Shown piece by piece: positions 19,727-29,660 of a stretch of DNA of 64,000 nt. The translations under genes were made by a program, and so were the position numbers. Origin of the DNA: a virus. A model generated the notes under the pieces. It made no database searches. It was not told where the DNA came from and saw nothing but the letters and a program-made list of their open reading frames with translations. Position 1 is the stretch's first letter. Each line of letters begins with the position of its first letter. The DNA lies in the UHGV virus genome UHGV-0060833; one strand, given 5' to 3'.

Positions 19727-21316
19727 TTACTTAATAAGCAGCGGTACGCCCTGGATACGACGGGCTACGCCAGTCGGGCAGCAGGCCCAGACTACTTCCC
19801 ATTTATCGAATTCCGCCTGCGTAACTTTCAGCACATACGGTTCTGTACCGTCAGCATCAGGATCACGAGGAGCCACCAGAGCGCCGGAGGCGACAAAGCG
19901 ATCCAAAAGTTTGGTCATCCCTTTAGTCAGACCAGCGGCAGTAATACCGTCAGGGCTATGCTTCATCTGGCGGGCTAACTGGACAAAGAAACGGCTGATT
20001 GCATTCATCAGGGATGGGACGTGCTGGAAGTGCAGATAGTTATCCTGCGTGCAGCAAGTTAAAGCATCGTCGATGATCATCTGGCCAGAGGTGCCAACAG
20101 ATACTTTATTGAGGCGGCCCTTAACCATTGCTTCTTCGTCCGGGGTATCTTCCGGATACAGCGGTTGAATTGACGCACGAGCAATGACGGCACGTTCTTC
20201 ACCAGCCGGTGAGTAATGCCAACCGCCGACATCAGAGTTTTTCTTGACGCCACGAGCTTTCGCCGCATACGCCGCGCCAGACAGACCGAAGACCACACGG
20301 GATTGGGTCCATTTGTCTTTGCAGGAGAACGGGAAGTGATAGACAGAACAGCTTACATAATCGGTACCAAGTAAACCGGTGCCCTCAACAGCTGTTAGTG
20401 CTTCTGCGTACCTTAATGTCGGTTTGACATCAAAGAAGCCATCAATCAGGCGATCTGCACAGATTTTACCTAATGCGGTGATAGCCGCATTGTCATAGCA
20501 GCCCAGGCCAAGAACAGCGGTGTACATGTACGGCGCATTGTTCAGCACCTTAACCGCACGCAGGTACGCAGCGGTTGAGATTTTCGACTGATCACCGTTG
20601 GTACCACCAGTGAACGCCAACGATTTTTTGTTTGTTACTTTCGCTGTAGAAATCAGATCTTCATTAACAACCGCGCGCAGATATTTAGAACGAGCTTCCA
20701 GAGCCGTAGGCAGATAACACAAGCGGCCCATGTCATCTTTCGCTTCTTCCGCCAAAGACACAGTGTGTGTCTCCAGGGTCGTTACCACACCAAGCGAAGT
20801 CGTCTGGGTCAGTTTTAAGATGAAGCGTTCATTACTCGCGCTGTCCGCTGTTGCAGTTTCGATGGTTAACTCACGGGTAGGTGAAATACACGGATCACCA
20901 TCATCAACGTAGATAGCAAAGGCTTCGCCGCTATCAAGTTCAATTTCAGAACCGTATGGCAACGCACTGTAAGCCGGTTCGCCTGATTCATCGAACATAA
21001 TAATCGGGAACTTCGCATCATCCGGAACAGCACGGACAACATAACCAGACGTTTGCTGAATAGCTTCGTACACATGGCGAATTGGTTCGAACTGTGAGCC
21101 GGTAGACGGCTTCAGCGGTTCGCCGAGAACATCTTCGTAATTGGATTCAGTAACCGCAAGAACAGTAAACGGCTTGCCACGCGCAAATACGCCAATACCA
21201 GCCCATAAGCTGCTATTTAATGCAACACCGGTAGATAACGTCGCATCGGCATTGATCGGGCTAACCGCGACGCCGGATGCATTACCTAATGACTGTTGAA
21301 TTGAATATTGAGACAT
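19727..21316 (-). CDS. Tail sheath-like protein (P1 gene 22-like by position and size)
   Basis: 529-aa ORF in the structural block. Confidence 0.5.
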   Translation of the reverse strand: MSQYSIQQSLGNASGVAVSPINADATLSTGVALNSSLWAGIGVFARGKPFTVLAVTESNYEDVLGEPLKPSTGSQFEPIRHVYEAIQQTSGYVVRAVPDDAKFPIIMFDESGEPAYSALPYGSEIELDSGEAFAIYVDDGDPCISPTRELTIETATADSASNERFILKLTQTTSLGVVTTLETHTVSLAEEAKDDMGRLCYLPTALEARSKYLRAVVNEDLISTAKVTNKKSLAFTGGTNGDQSKISTAAYLRAVKVLNNAPYMYTAVLGLGCYDNAAITALGKICADRLIDGFFDVKPTLRYAEALTAVEGTGLLGTDYVSCSVYHFPFSCKDKWTQSRVVFGLSGAAYAAKARGVKKNSDVGGWHYSPAGEERAVIARASIQPLYPEDTPDEEAMVKGRLNKVSVGTSGQMIIDDALTCCTQDNYLHFQHVPSLMNAISRFFVQLARQMKHSPDGITAAGLTKGMTKLLDRFVASGALVAPRDPDADGTEPYVLKVTQAEFDKWEVVWACCPTGVARRIQGVPLLIK

Positions 21317-21376
21317 AACTTTCCCTGTTATGCGCCCCGCACGGGGGCGCTATGTTAAACGGAGAACTTCCCGTGA

Positions 21377-23104
21377 TTACTCAGAGTCACCGGCATCAAT
21401 CATGTTACCGGTCAGGAAGTTAATTCCGCCATTTTTGGCCATAGTCAGAGTTACACGCGTGAAGTAGTCAGCGCCGTTACGTGGGTGCATATCGTTGATA
21501 GCCGAACCCCACAGAGTGGTTCGGTTAACTAGTGCCGGGGTGGTCGGATGCTGGAATGGGACAGCCGGGACTGCATCACCAGTTACGAAGCCCGCTTTGC
21601 CCGGATTTTCATCACGGACGTAGCACAGCACATCCATTGGGCTGAACTGGATACCGTCGGCGGTCAGGTTCGTACAAATACCTTCTGGTACTTCGAACAC
21701 TTTGACGTTGCCGAACAGATTGCCAATGTAGTGGACGTATGGGGTCTGGATGTAATCTTCTGCTGGCTGGAAGAAATCCTTCGGCAATTGTTTGAAGAAA
21801 GATGCCGCATCAGCACCGGCATACATCCCCATCGCACCAGAAGATTTAATACGCTCAATAATACCGCGATATACCGTCTGGAATTTGCCTCGAATGATGG
21901 TTGCCCACACATCAAAGGACTGGTTAGCTGGCAGTGCAATATCAAAGGAGTCGGTCGCAAGAGTTCGCCAAATCATGATACGAAGACGAAGCATATCTTG
22001 CTCATGGGACAGGTATTCCTTCAGGGTGCGGAACTGTAGGGAGCCAAGATCCAGACCAAATTCACGCTGTGCTTCATACGCCGCCTGTACCGTGTGCTCA
22101 GCCGCGATGACGAACTGGTTTGGGAACAGGGTGTAACTCTTCATTTCGTGGTTGATAAGTGGGATCAGCTCAGGAGCTGCTTCTATATTGATCTCCGCCT
22201 CAATGGCGATCTCTGTACCTTTATCTGGCGCTTTGGAGAACGACAGGACAATCTGACCAACGTTGTAATTCAAAGAGCAAGTAACAGTGATTTGTTCGCC
22301 TGCTTTGTTATTGAATGTGTGAAGCAGAGTGCCGGAGCCGTTATCAACAACAGACTTAATACGGTTAACGTAGATGTTTGTGCGACCTTTGCGAATCGGG
22401 ACATTCTGACCTTCGACATCTTCCATCTTGAAGGTTGCAGTTTTGCTGGTGCCGTCGGAGCTTGCAACCAGCACATAGCGGCGGCGCAACTGGCTGTACA
22501 CGCCAACGGATTGCATGTCCAGAACATCACCAATAGCATAAGAGCCAAAAGAAGAACCCGCTACGTTAAAGATTTCATAGATTTCGGACTTGTCACGCGT
22601 AACCGGAATGAATGTACACGCATCAGCGGTAGCTGCCCCCAACTGAACAGGCAGGATCATCGCCAGGAATAAAGGCAGACGCATAACCCCGTCAGAAACA
22701 CTCATCATCTCTGCCGCGACTGATTCCAGCATCGCTTTATTGGTGGCATCCATGCTATTGCGGGTGGACTCAATCAGGCAGTTTTCCAGCGTCTGGTGGC
22801 AGGAGGCCAGAATTTCCGGACGTGGCATAGATTTATGTGTTGCGGCGTAGTCAGCCAGTGCACTTGCCCACGCTGTAGCGATTTGAGCGGTGGCATTATC
22901 AGAGATACCCGCAAAAATTGGGTCTTTACGTGCAGCTTCAAGGATAGATGCGGCACGCGCGGCATCATCTTTAATGAATTGGTTATCAGTACCGAACTGC
23001 GCAGTGCTTGCCCAGCCAAGCACAGCTTTAGAGCGTTTTGCGATATCTGCAATACGATTCTGGTATTCGCGTAAGTTACTCAATTTACTCTTCCTTAAAC
23101 ACAA
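21377..23104 (-). CDS. Major head protein candidate (P1 gene 23-like by position and size)
   Basis: 575-aa ORF, first gene of the minus-strand structural operon, next to the par locus. Confidence 0.45.
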   Translation of the reverse strand: MCLRKSKLSNLREYQNRIADIAKRSKAVLGWASTAQFGTDNQFIKDDAARAASILEAARKDPIFAGISDNATAQIATAWASALADYAATHKSMPRPEILASCHQTLENCLIESTRNSMDATNKAMLESVAAEMMSVSDGVMRLPLFLAMILPVQLGAATADACTFIPVTRDKSEIYEIFNVAGSSFGSYAIGDVLDMQSVGVYSQLRRRYVLVASSDGTSKTATFKMEDVEGQNVPIRKGRTNIYVNRIKSVVDNGSGTLLHTFNNKAGEQITVTCSLNYNVGQIVLSFSKAPDKGTEIAIEAEINIEAAPELIPLINHEMKSYTLFPNQFVIAAEHTVQAAYEAQREFGLDLGSLQFRTLKEYLSHEQDMLRLRIMIWRTLATDSFDIALPANQSFDVWATIIRGKFQTVYRGIIERIKSSGAMGMYAGADAASFFKQLPKDFFQPAEDYIQTPYVHYIGNLFGNVKVFEVPEGICTNLTADGIQFSPMDVLCYVRDENPGKAGFVTGDAVPAVPFQHPTTPALVNRTTLWGSAINDMHPRNGADYFTRVTLTMAKNGGINFLTGNMIDAGDSE

Positions 23105-23109
23105 GGCAC

Positions 23110-23300
23110 TTGTGTGAATCCCTTTTCGGAAGAGATTTTATTGAAAGTCACTTGTTGACTTTCTCGCGAAAAGTAATTTTTTAAATTTTTTTGTGCGGGG
23201 AGGAGAACGAGTAATACAGGCGTTAAATTGTGGGAATTTCAGCCTGAAATCTTTCATGAATATTTATATATATCATGCACTTATACATGAAATCGGCGCG
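23110..23300. other. Candidate partition centromere (parS-like region)
   Basis: Downstream of parB: heptamer-like ATTTCAG/TGAAATC repeats, a palindrome gaaagtca-cttgt-tgactttc, and TGAAATCGGCGCG resembling ParB box A plus a box B variant. Confidence 0.35.
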
Positions 23301-23349
23301 GGACATTTTAGGCAGAGGAGGAGGCTAAAACCACCTCCCACCAGCTGGA

Positions 23350-24315
23350 TTATTCCCCAGCAGACATTTTCCCAATGATTTTTTTTATTGCTTCGTCAAT
23401 TTCAGTTTGCACTTCAGACGGGAGTCTGGAGAACTCGTAGGCGACTACCCGTTTTTTCGGATCAGACTTCTTTCTGGCGTATTGACGACGGTCAGAGAAG
23501 TCTCGCAGCTTCTCAACCACCACAGATTTAACCGGCGCGGGCTTCAGGCTTTTGCTTTCCGCTTTGAAGATAGCCAGTATCTTCGCTTTATCCTCTTTCG
23601 CGCCCTCAGTCTCTGCAATTCGTTCGCGCACCGTATCAACCAGCTCTTCAATAGGTACGCTTTTAGCGTTGGCATCCTCGGAGATCTGGAGCAGTAACTG
23701 GTAATCTGGCAGGGCGAGATCGCTGGCAACAGGGAAGACAGCAATCATCTCATCCGGCACCGCTGCCGCCTGGAACGCGCGCGTAACTTTAGCCTTTGAA
23801 ATGTTCTCAGCGCGGGCGATCTCTTCTTTGGTCATGCTCTTACCATACATAACCTCGAAGCGTTTACCCAGTTCGCGCAGGGTGTGTTCGCGGGCTGTCT
23901 GGATATCAATGGCCAGCTGGCGTGCATCCGCCAGGCTGATCTCATCTTTCGTCACCAGAATCTCAAATTTCGTTTCATTAAAGATACACGCAGCGCGGCG
24001 ACGTGATCCGTCCAATACCTCAATGCGCTCCCCAACCATACGACCGATAGCCGGGAAGAACTGTTGCAATTTAATGGTGCGGGAAATATCGCTTACCGAC
24101 TCAGGGGTGAGCAGAGACTGATCGCGGCCGTTAACTGCCGGGTCAACGAACGTGCGCGACTCAATCTCACCACTCAGCACAACGGTAAGCAAAAATTTAG
24201 CCTGGCGGCCAGATTTTAGGGTAAAGGTTTTGGTGCCTTCACTGCCTTCAAGCATGCGAGCAAACTCGGAGCTATTCTTGCCCAGCACTCGTCCACGGGA
24301 AACTATTTTTTTCAT
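23350..24315 (-). CDS. parB: ParB partition protein
   Basis: 321-aa ORF immediately downstream of parA with a 4-nt overlap. Confidence 0.8.
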   Translation of the reverse strand: MKKIVSRGRVLGKNSSEFARMLEGSEGTKTFTLKSGRQAKFLLTVVLSGEIESRTFVDPAVNGRDQSLLTPESVSDISRTIKLQQFFPAIGRMVGERIEVLDGSRRRAACIFNETKFEILVTKDEISLADARQLAIDIQTAREHTLRELGKRFEVMYGKSMTKEEIARAENISKAKVTRAFQAAAVPDEMIAVFPVASDLALPDYQLLLQISEDANAKSVPIEELVDTVRERIAETEGAKEDKAKILAIFKAESKSLKPAPVKSVVVEKLRDFSDRRQYARKKSDPKKRVVAYEFSRLPSEVQTEIDEAIKKIIGKMSAGE

Positions 24316-25523
24316 GCCGCCTCACCCCTAACAAACTCAATTCGATCAAACACAGCCTTAGTGAAACGCTCGGCCTCGGTTCGTGCCTTCTTCAGCGCCT
24401 CTGCGCTGCCTGGATACGATTGCGGGTTGGCACTGATTACGGTGTCGAAAGACTCGCCGCATCGCTCAAATCCATCCAGACGAGGCAGAGAAGAGTCCAG
24501 AATGTTGCTGGCGTAAACCTCACGCGCAAGGCTGTGTGATGTCTCGTGATCGCGCTTGCCGGTCATCTTCGACATAAAACCAATGCTGGCGCTTAAACGC
24601 GGTTCTACGCCTTCCTCCTCCAGTTGCTCCAGCATTTCTGGCAGACGGGTGAGATATTTCAGTGTTGAGTGGAAGTCAACCTGGGCTGGTGGGGTAGGGG
24701 TAAGCAGCAAATCGCTGGCCGCCAGACCGTTGAGCAGGAACGGATCCAGGTGTGGACCGGTATCAATAAAGATAAAGTCATAATCATCCGCAACACGATC
24801 AATGATATTGCGTCGAAGGATTTCGTACTGATTTTGTCCGGGAAGATGCTCTTCAACCAGCTCTTTCCATTGGCTGGCAACAAAGCCATCGTCGATAGAG
24901 GCTGGAATCACGTCTACGCCAGGAACGATGGTCGGACGAATCACCTCTTTGCGTAGCGTCTCCGCGTCCAGGTCGTTCAGCATCGCCTGCGCAGCGGTTT
25001 CCAGGATGGAACCAATACTGTGAGTATGGTCGAGGAACATTGTGCTGGATGCCTGAGGGTCAAGGTCAATTACCAGAATACGCAGATCGTGACGCAGTAA
25101 ATCCTGATGCACACGCAGAGCGTGCGCCAACGTGACTGTGGAAACCGTTTTGGATACGCCACCCTTCAGGTTTACGACAAAAATAACGTAAGGCGATTTG
25201 TGAATGTCGCGATATTTTGGGATCTTACGGTGGGCATAGATATCAATGACGTTCTGGATGGTCAGCGCGTACTGTTCAACGTTACCGACCTGTTTCTTGT
25301 TGAACTGGTACCCATTATCTTCCATCTCTTTGATGGCCTGCTCCACAATGCGGCGGCTCAGCTTCGGCAACTTTGCCACAGCGTTACGAGTGAACGTCTG
25401 ATAATACTCGGTCTGATTGAACTCTTTGCGCTGATCTTCAATATCCTGACTCATGGCCTTAAGTAATGCGCTTGCACGAAGAGCTATGGTGCCGACACCG
25501 CCGTAATCGCGTTTCATCATCAT
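24312..25523 (-). CDS. parA: ParA partition ATPase
   Basis: 403 aa; deviant Walker A NLKGGVSKTVSTVTLAH. Confidence 0.85.
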   Translation of the reverse strand: MMMKRDYGGVGTIALRASALLKAMSQDIEDQRKEFNQTEYYQTFTRNAVAKLPKLSRRIVEQAIKEMEDNGYQFNKKQVGNVEQYALTIQNVIDIYAHRKIPKYRDIHKSPYVIFVVNLKGGVSKTVSTVTLAHALRVHQDLLRHDLRILVIDLDPQASSTMFLDHTHSIGSILETAAQAMLNDLDAETLRKEVIRPTIVPGVDVIPASIDDGFVASQWKELVEEHLPGQNQYEILRRNIIDRVADDYDFIFIDTGPHLDPFLLNGLAASDLLLTPTPPAQVDFHSTLKYLTRLPEMLEQLEEEGVEPRLSASIGFMSKMTGKRDHETSHSLAREVYASNILDSSLPRLDGFERCGESFDTVISANPQSYPGSAEALKKARTEAERFTKAVFDRIEFVRGEAA

Positions 25524-25631
25524 CTCCTTATCATTTCGTATGAGTGAATTGTACGTTTGATTCTGCTACGTGCAACTTATTTTGATTTGTGCGTAAATTA
25601 TTGCACGTAAAAAATGGCGATGAGGCTATTA

Positions 25632-25915
25632 GATGTGTGCTGGAGGGATGATGCAGGACCAGAATGTGCGATAGAGGGAAGTCGCATTGAATTATGTGTT
25701 GTGGAGGGATCGCTGGTATCAAATATGTGCGCTGAAGGGAAAGATAGAAGATTAGATGTGCGCTGGAGGGAAACTTGGATGGTTAGATGTGTGCTGGAGG
25801 GAATGTCTGGGCAAACTGCGTGGCGCAACCCTCCAGCGCACACCAAAAACAGGAAAATGGGCAGGCATTCCCGGCAGCGCACATTTTTCAAATGCAGCTG
25901 CCCTCCAGCACACAC
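25632..25915. repeat. incA iteron array: 9 RepA-binding iterons
   Basis: Six forward copies of (G)ATGTGYGCTGGAGGGA at ~31-bp spacing (25632, 25663, 25694, 25724, 25755, 25786) and three inverted copies (25829, 25868, 25901). Confidence 0.85.
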
Positions 25916-26776
25916 TTATTCGGGAAGTTTCAGCTTTGGATTGCGAGAATGGACGATTACAAAACTTTCCCGGCCTTTCTTCTCAATTGAACAGTCGAGA
26001 TAGCCGATTGTTTTAAGCTGTTCTATCGCTTTCTTAATGATACGGTTTTGCTCGCCAACAGCTGACTGCAAAGCCAGGCGCTCACGGATTCGCGCGAACG
26101 ATAGCGGCAACGGGTTCTGCGGAAGGCTTTCGATGAAAGTGTAAATGGCTTGTGCAGCTTCTTTCTTCGGAAGGGCACGCAAGGCGTGGTGTTGCAACAG
26201 AACGCGATAATCAAGCTGGAACAGCTCCCAGAGCTTCGAATCGGCCTCCAGCTCTATCAGATCAAGGTCAGCATCAAAACGCCCGACCTTCAGCAGACCA
26301 GTCTGATAGCCGCCTTTAGCATCTTTTCCGCGCTTAAAAGCGATACCCTTGTTACGCAAGCGTCCAAGTGATTCATGAATGGTTAAACGCAGTTTCGCAT
26401 CCAGACGTTTTGAGGGGAAACCACAGGCTTTAGCGAACTCCTGAAACGATAACTGGATGGTGTTTGAAGACAAGCCGTATTTGCTGAACGCGTAGATGAC
26501 ACCGATCCACGTTTTGAAATCAGTATCCATATCGAGTCGAGGACCGGTGATTTTAATATCATCGTAACCCTCGGCTTTAGCTATCTCCAGCTGGGAAAAC
26601 GCTTTGGTGGCATCAATCTCTTTACTTTCTCCTTTGCTCTTTGATGGCTTCGGCACGAATACCCCCAAGCGCATCAACGCTACAGGCTGCACAGTGTTGT
26701 TTGAATTAACTGTTAGTTCTTTTGCCTTACTTTCAATGTCTGCGTAAAGAATATCGGAGATAAATGATTGATTCAT
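25916..26776 (-). CDS. repA: RepA plasmid replication initiator
   Basis: 286-aa ORF bracketed by iteron arrays of the P1 type. Confidence 0.85.
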   Translation of the reverse strand: MNQSFISDILYADIESKAKELTVNSNNTVQPVALMRLGVFVPKPSKSKGESKEIDATKAFSQLEIAKAEGYDDIKITGPRLDMDTDFKTWIGVIYAFSKYGLSSNTIQLSFQEFAKACGFPSKRLDAKLRLTIHESLGRLRNKGIAFKRGKDAKGGYQTGLLKVGRFDADLDLIELEADSKLWELFQLDYRVLLQHHALRALPKKEAAQAIYTFIESLPQNPLPLSFARIRERLALQSAVGEQNRIIKKAIEQLKTIGYLDCSIEKKGRESFVIVHSRNPKLKLPE

Positions 26777-26779
26777 ATT

Positions 26780-27056
26780 ACTTTTTCCGAATTATGTGGA
26801 TAGTTTTTATAAGTGGTGATAACTACCCAGGCTTTCCCGTCAGCACACATCCTATATCCCGCCAGCACACATTAGCAACCCGTCAGCACACATTTTTATC
26901 CCTCCAGCACACATCGTTTTCCCTCCAGCACACATCGCGATACACTTCTAAGCCAGACGTGGCGCGGCCTGCAACGATCAGGGATCTATATGGATCTAAT
27001 TGGGATCTGTATGGACCTAATTATTGGATCTACCCAGTGGATAATGTGGATAAGTG
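26780..27056. other. Plasmid origin oriR (iterons, GATC cluster, DnaA boxes)
   Basis: Five GATC sites between 26976 and 27030; DnaA-box matches tgtggataa (27045-27053), agtggataa (27036-27044) and tgtggatag (26795-26803). Confidence 0.7.
26834..26936. repeat. incC iteron array: 5 iterons in the origin
   Basis: Five copies of TCCC(T/G)(C/T)CAGCACACAT at ~21-bp spacing upstream of repA. Confidence 0.85.
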
Positions 27057-27093
27057 AAAAACCGGCCAACATAGCCGGTTGGAAGGAAGGGTA

Positions 27094-27486
27094 TTATTCT
27101 ACGCTTTCGATAAGAAGACCATGTTCATAACATTTAAGCTCATCGCCTTCGTACAGGAATTGGTATCCAATACCACCATTTTCATGGACATTAGGGAATA
27201 ACTCATAACTCACTGAAGAGCAAATCACACCAATGCAGCGATCAACGCCTTCTCGTCCTTCAGTGCTGAAAAAATCCTCTTCGGTAAGAACATGAGTACA
27301 TTGCTCATCAGCATAGGTCGGAAATACATGCTCGATGCAATCCGGGTGTTTTAAACCAAGCTGATCGGCAAGCTCGAAAGCATGACGGTATTGTTCAGAT
27401 CCTGGCTTGCCAACAGTGATGTGCTCAATTTTGTAGATTGAAGTCGCTTTGTTGATAGTTTGCTTTACTGTTACTTTATCAGACAT
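27094..27486 (-). CDS. Hypothetical protein
   Basis: 130-aa ORF, last gene of a minus-strand operon. Confidence 0.45.
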   Translation of the reverse strand: MSDKVTVKQTINKATSIYKIEHITVGKPGSEQYRHAFELADQLGLKHPDCIEHVFPTYADEQCTHVLTEEDFFSTEGREGVDRCIGVICSSVSYELFPNVHENGGIGYQFLYEGDELKCYEHGLLIESVE

Positions 27487-27497
27487 AAAAATCCCTT

Positions 27498-27830
27498 TTA
27501 GTTACCTCTGATAGCGCGGTTGTAATCATTAACGTTGCGATTCTTCCTGTTAATCCCCATCAGCATCGTTTCTGTATCGAGGATATACGCTGGCAGATCA
27601 TCAAAATATTCACTGCTAAACTCTGGCATCCTGCACATAAATGCACTTTTGGGGGCAGGGTGGTTAACCTTTGTCGGCGTCGGCGTTAAATTCGGTGATC
27701 GACTGCCGGAGCAACCGCTGAGTGTCAGCAGGAATGCGCTGGCGAACATTACCCGCCGCAACCAGTTGTTTCTGAACTTCAGCTTTTCGTTCCATTTGCC
27801 TGTCAGCATATTTGGCTTGTTCTGATTCAT
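27498..27830 (-). CDS. o-spanin-like outer-membrane lipoprotein
   Basis: Lipobox LTLSGC and Pro-rich segment PNLTPTPTKVNHPAPK; starts inside the upstream gene in another frame (start may be the internal Met at 27749). Confidence 0.45.
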   Translation of the reverse strand: MNQNKPNMLTGKWNEKLKFRNNWLRRVMFASAFLLTLSGCSGSRSPNLTPTPTKVNHPAPKSAFMCRMPEFSSEYFDDLPAYILDTETMLMGINRKNRNVNDYNRAIRGN

Positions 27831-28086
27831 TTTTCACTTCCTGGCTGTGAAAATGTTGCTCTGCTTTGTTCATCGTCTCAATGGTCTGGTTAAGATCCAT
27901 TATTGACTTATCACGTTCCTTAACAGCCTGATCAAGACTGCCAATTTTCTCCATGGCTTGCTTTAGCTGATGACGTTCCCATGCAAACCCAGCACCAACA
28001 AGTGTGCAAATCAGAACAAGAACACCAGTAGCAGCAAGTTTCTCCTTCAAAGACAAAGCTGTTTTTAACGTAGAAAAGAATGACAT
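27664..28086 (-). CDS. i-spanin-like membrane-anchored coiled-coil protein
   Basis: Strong ribosome-binding site (aggagg) before ATG 28086; N-terminal transmembrane segment ATGVLVLICTLVGAGFAW, then a charged helical region. Confidence 0.45.
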   Translation of the reverse strand: MSFFSTLKTALSLKEKLAATGVLVLICTLVGAGFAWERHQLKQAMEKIGSLDQAVKERDKSIMDLNQTIETMNKAEQHFHSQEVKNESEQAKYADRQMERKAEVQKQLVAAGNVRQRIPADTQRLLRQSITEFNADADKG

Positions 28087-28125
28087 GTCTTCCTCCTGAA
28101 GAAAAATTATCAATGAAGTCCTTTG

Positions 28126-28914
28126 TTACTGTGCCGCTTTGTTTAATTCATCAAGAACAGAATCAGGAACCAAAGCGGCAACTGCGCTGGCTGTGCTGAC
28201 CTTATTTGCTGATGCTTCCGCAAGCGCGGTACCGATAGCATGGTTATAAGCAGTTATGGCTACGTTGGCGCTTTCATTCGCTCGTTCATACTGCTGTTGT
28301 AACGCAGTTGTGGGCGCTGTTGTCTGGTTGAAAACAACCCCAAACTGTTCAGTTGCTACTTTCAGAGATTCAATTTGCTCTTCTGTTAGTGCTGGTGGGG
28401 GAGTGGCAGTGCCGCCGCCTGAACCAGAGCCTGACGAGCTTCCTGAGCCAGTGTTAAGGGTCTGGTTAATCTCCCCCATAGCAGCGACTAAACTTGATGT
28501 ATTAAGCGCGTTAACAGCGTCCTCAAGCGATTTAGTAATATTCACATCACCAATGGCAATAGAGATCGGCAGTTCTGAAACTTCTCGCTCATTAGCACGG
28601 CAGTAAACATCCCAACCAATATCGAGTTGAAGCAGCATTGACAGATCTGCATAACCAGCCAACAGGTCCGCGTGCTTAGTTGCCAGTTCTCCAATGTTCG
28701 TTAAGCCAGTTGTGGTTGTTCTGATCGTTGAAACATAGCTGGTAATAGTGTCGGGATAGACAATTGTATCCAGAATTAATCCGGTCAATTCTTCTGCAAG
28801 CAGTTTTGCTGTGTTAGCACTGTTTCGTGCCGATGTTATGGCACCAGGTGTTTTCATCCCACCGGCGGCGGCCAATTTTTTATATGCGGATAACTGGTAG
28901 TCTTTTTCCAGCAT
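28126..28914 (-). CDS. Hypothetical protein with Gly/Ser-rich linker
   Basis: Start set at ATG 28914 (aggag 8 nt upstream); contains SGSSSGSGSGGG linker. Confidence 0.45.
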   Translation of the reverse strand: MLEKDYQLSAYKKLAAAGGMKTPGAITSARNSANTAKLLAEELTGLILDTIVYPDTITSYVSTIRTTTTGLTNIGELATKHADLLAGYADLSMLLQLDIGWDVYCRANEREVSELPISIAIGDVNITKSLEDAVNALNTSSLVAAMGEINQTLNTGSGSSSGSGSGGGTATPPPALTEEQIESLKVATEQFGVVFNQTTAPTTALQQQYERANESANVAITAYNHAIGTALAEASANKVSTASAVAALVPDSVLDELNKAAQ

Positions 28915-28922
28915 GATATCTC

Positions 28923-29207
28923 CTAACTTACCTGAACCAGGCCGTCTCCGGACGCTACGGTAGATCCGCATGAAACAGGGTCACCAACGCATACGATCCC
29001 TTTACCATTGACGGTAAACCATGCCCTGGTTGATATAGCTTGCCCACCGTGCGTACTGTTTCCATCGGTATGCTGTGCATATTGCTTACCATCAACTAAC
29101 ACTTCGACTCCGTTGACTTTAAGTAGTGGTTCACTCTCTACAGGAGGCCTGGATGGGAATCCTCCGTGCCCCGAACAAATGCTGTCTTTTGTTGCAATAC
29201 TTGCCAC
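28923..29207 (-). CDS. Small PAAR-like protein (tentative)
   Basis: 94 aa with C.GHGG, HGG and VCVGDPVSCG motifs reminiscent of PAAR repeats. Confidence 0.35.
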   Translation of the reverse strand: MASIATKDSICSGHGGFPSRPPVESEPLLKVNGVEVLVDGKQYAQHTDGNSTHGGQAISTRAWFTVNGKGIVCVGDPVSCGSTVASGDGLVQVS

Positions 29208-29287
29208 GTCATCACCAATTATTTGCTCTGGTTTTCGTTATTTTAACTTAGGTTACTTGTGGTCTACATGGTGTTAACTATTAAATA

Positions 29288-29304
29288 ATTGCTCTAATAA
29301 ATAT
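29288..29304 (+). promoter_or_regulatory. C1 operator-like site in a divergent promoter region
   Basis: attgctctaataaatat, 16/17 match; between the minus-strand operon and the uhr-hrdC-dmt operon. Confidence 0.6.
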
Positions 29305-29375
29305 TGTTTTTTATGTCGTGTTTTCGGTACCATTCAGCCATCGCCCTTCAATGGGTATTTGTTTGGAGTCGTCAG

Positions 29376-29660
29376 ATGCAGATGGAGCTAATAAGCCGCA
29401 AAGAGTTCGATAGCCGTGTAACCAGCGGTGAACTCGACAACTTGCAGGCTATCAAGGTGAAAGAAGGCTTTTGCCTCATTGGGAATCAGAGCGGAACAAA
29501 TCGCGTTTTTATGCTTCGCCGTACGGATTTGAAGCCATTTGTCTGGAAGAACGAAATTGGTCCCAGCTCATACGCTCAAACTAGGGGGTGCCTCAACCTG
29601 GCCTTTTTCTACAAAAACGAGCTTTCTGTGGTTGATATTCAAGGGTTACAACATGTTTAA
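29376..29660 (+). CDS. Small protein upstream of hrdC (P1 uhr-like by position)
   Basis: ATG 29376 preceded by ggag; 94 aa; overlaps the hrdC start by 8 nt. Confidence 0.4.
   Translation: MQMELISRKEFDSRVTSGELDNLQAIKVKEGFCLIGNQSGTNRVFMLRRTDLKPFVWKNEIGPSSYAQTRGCLNLAFFYKNELSVVDIQGLQHV

Noticed and set aside
25598-26016. Several ORFs (for example 25614-26003 and 25756-26016) and a CRISPR-like regular repeat pattern
   Set aside because: The repeats are RepA iterons (19-bp units at 31-bp spacing, flanking repA), not CRISPR repeats with unique spacers. The ORFs are read through the iterons and have no ribosome-binding sites.
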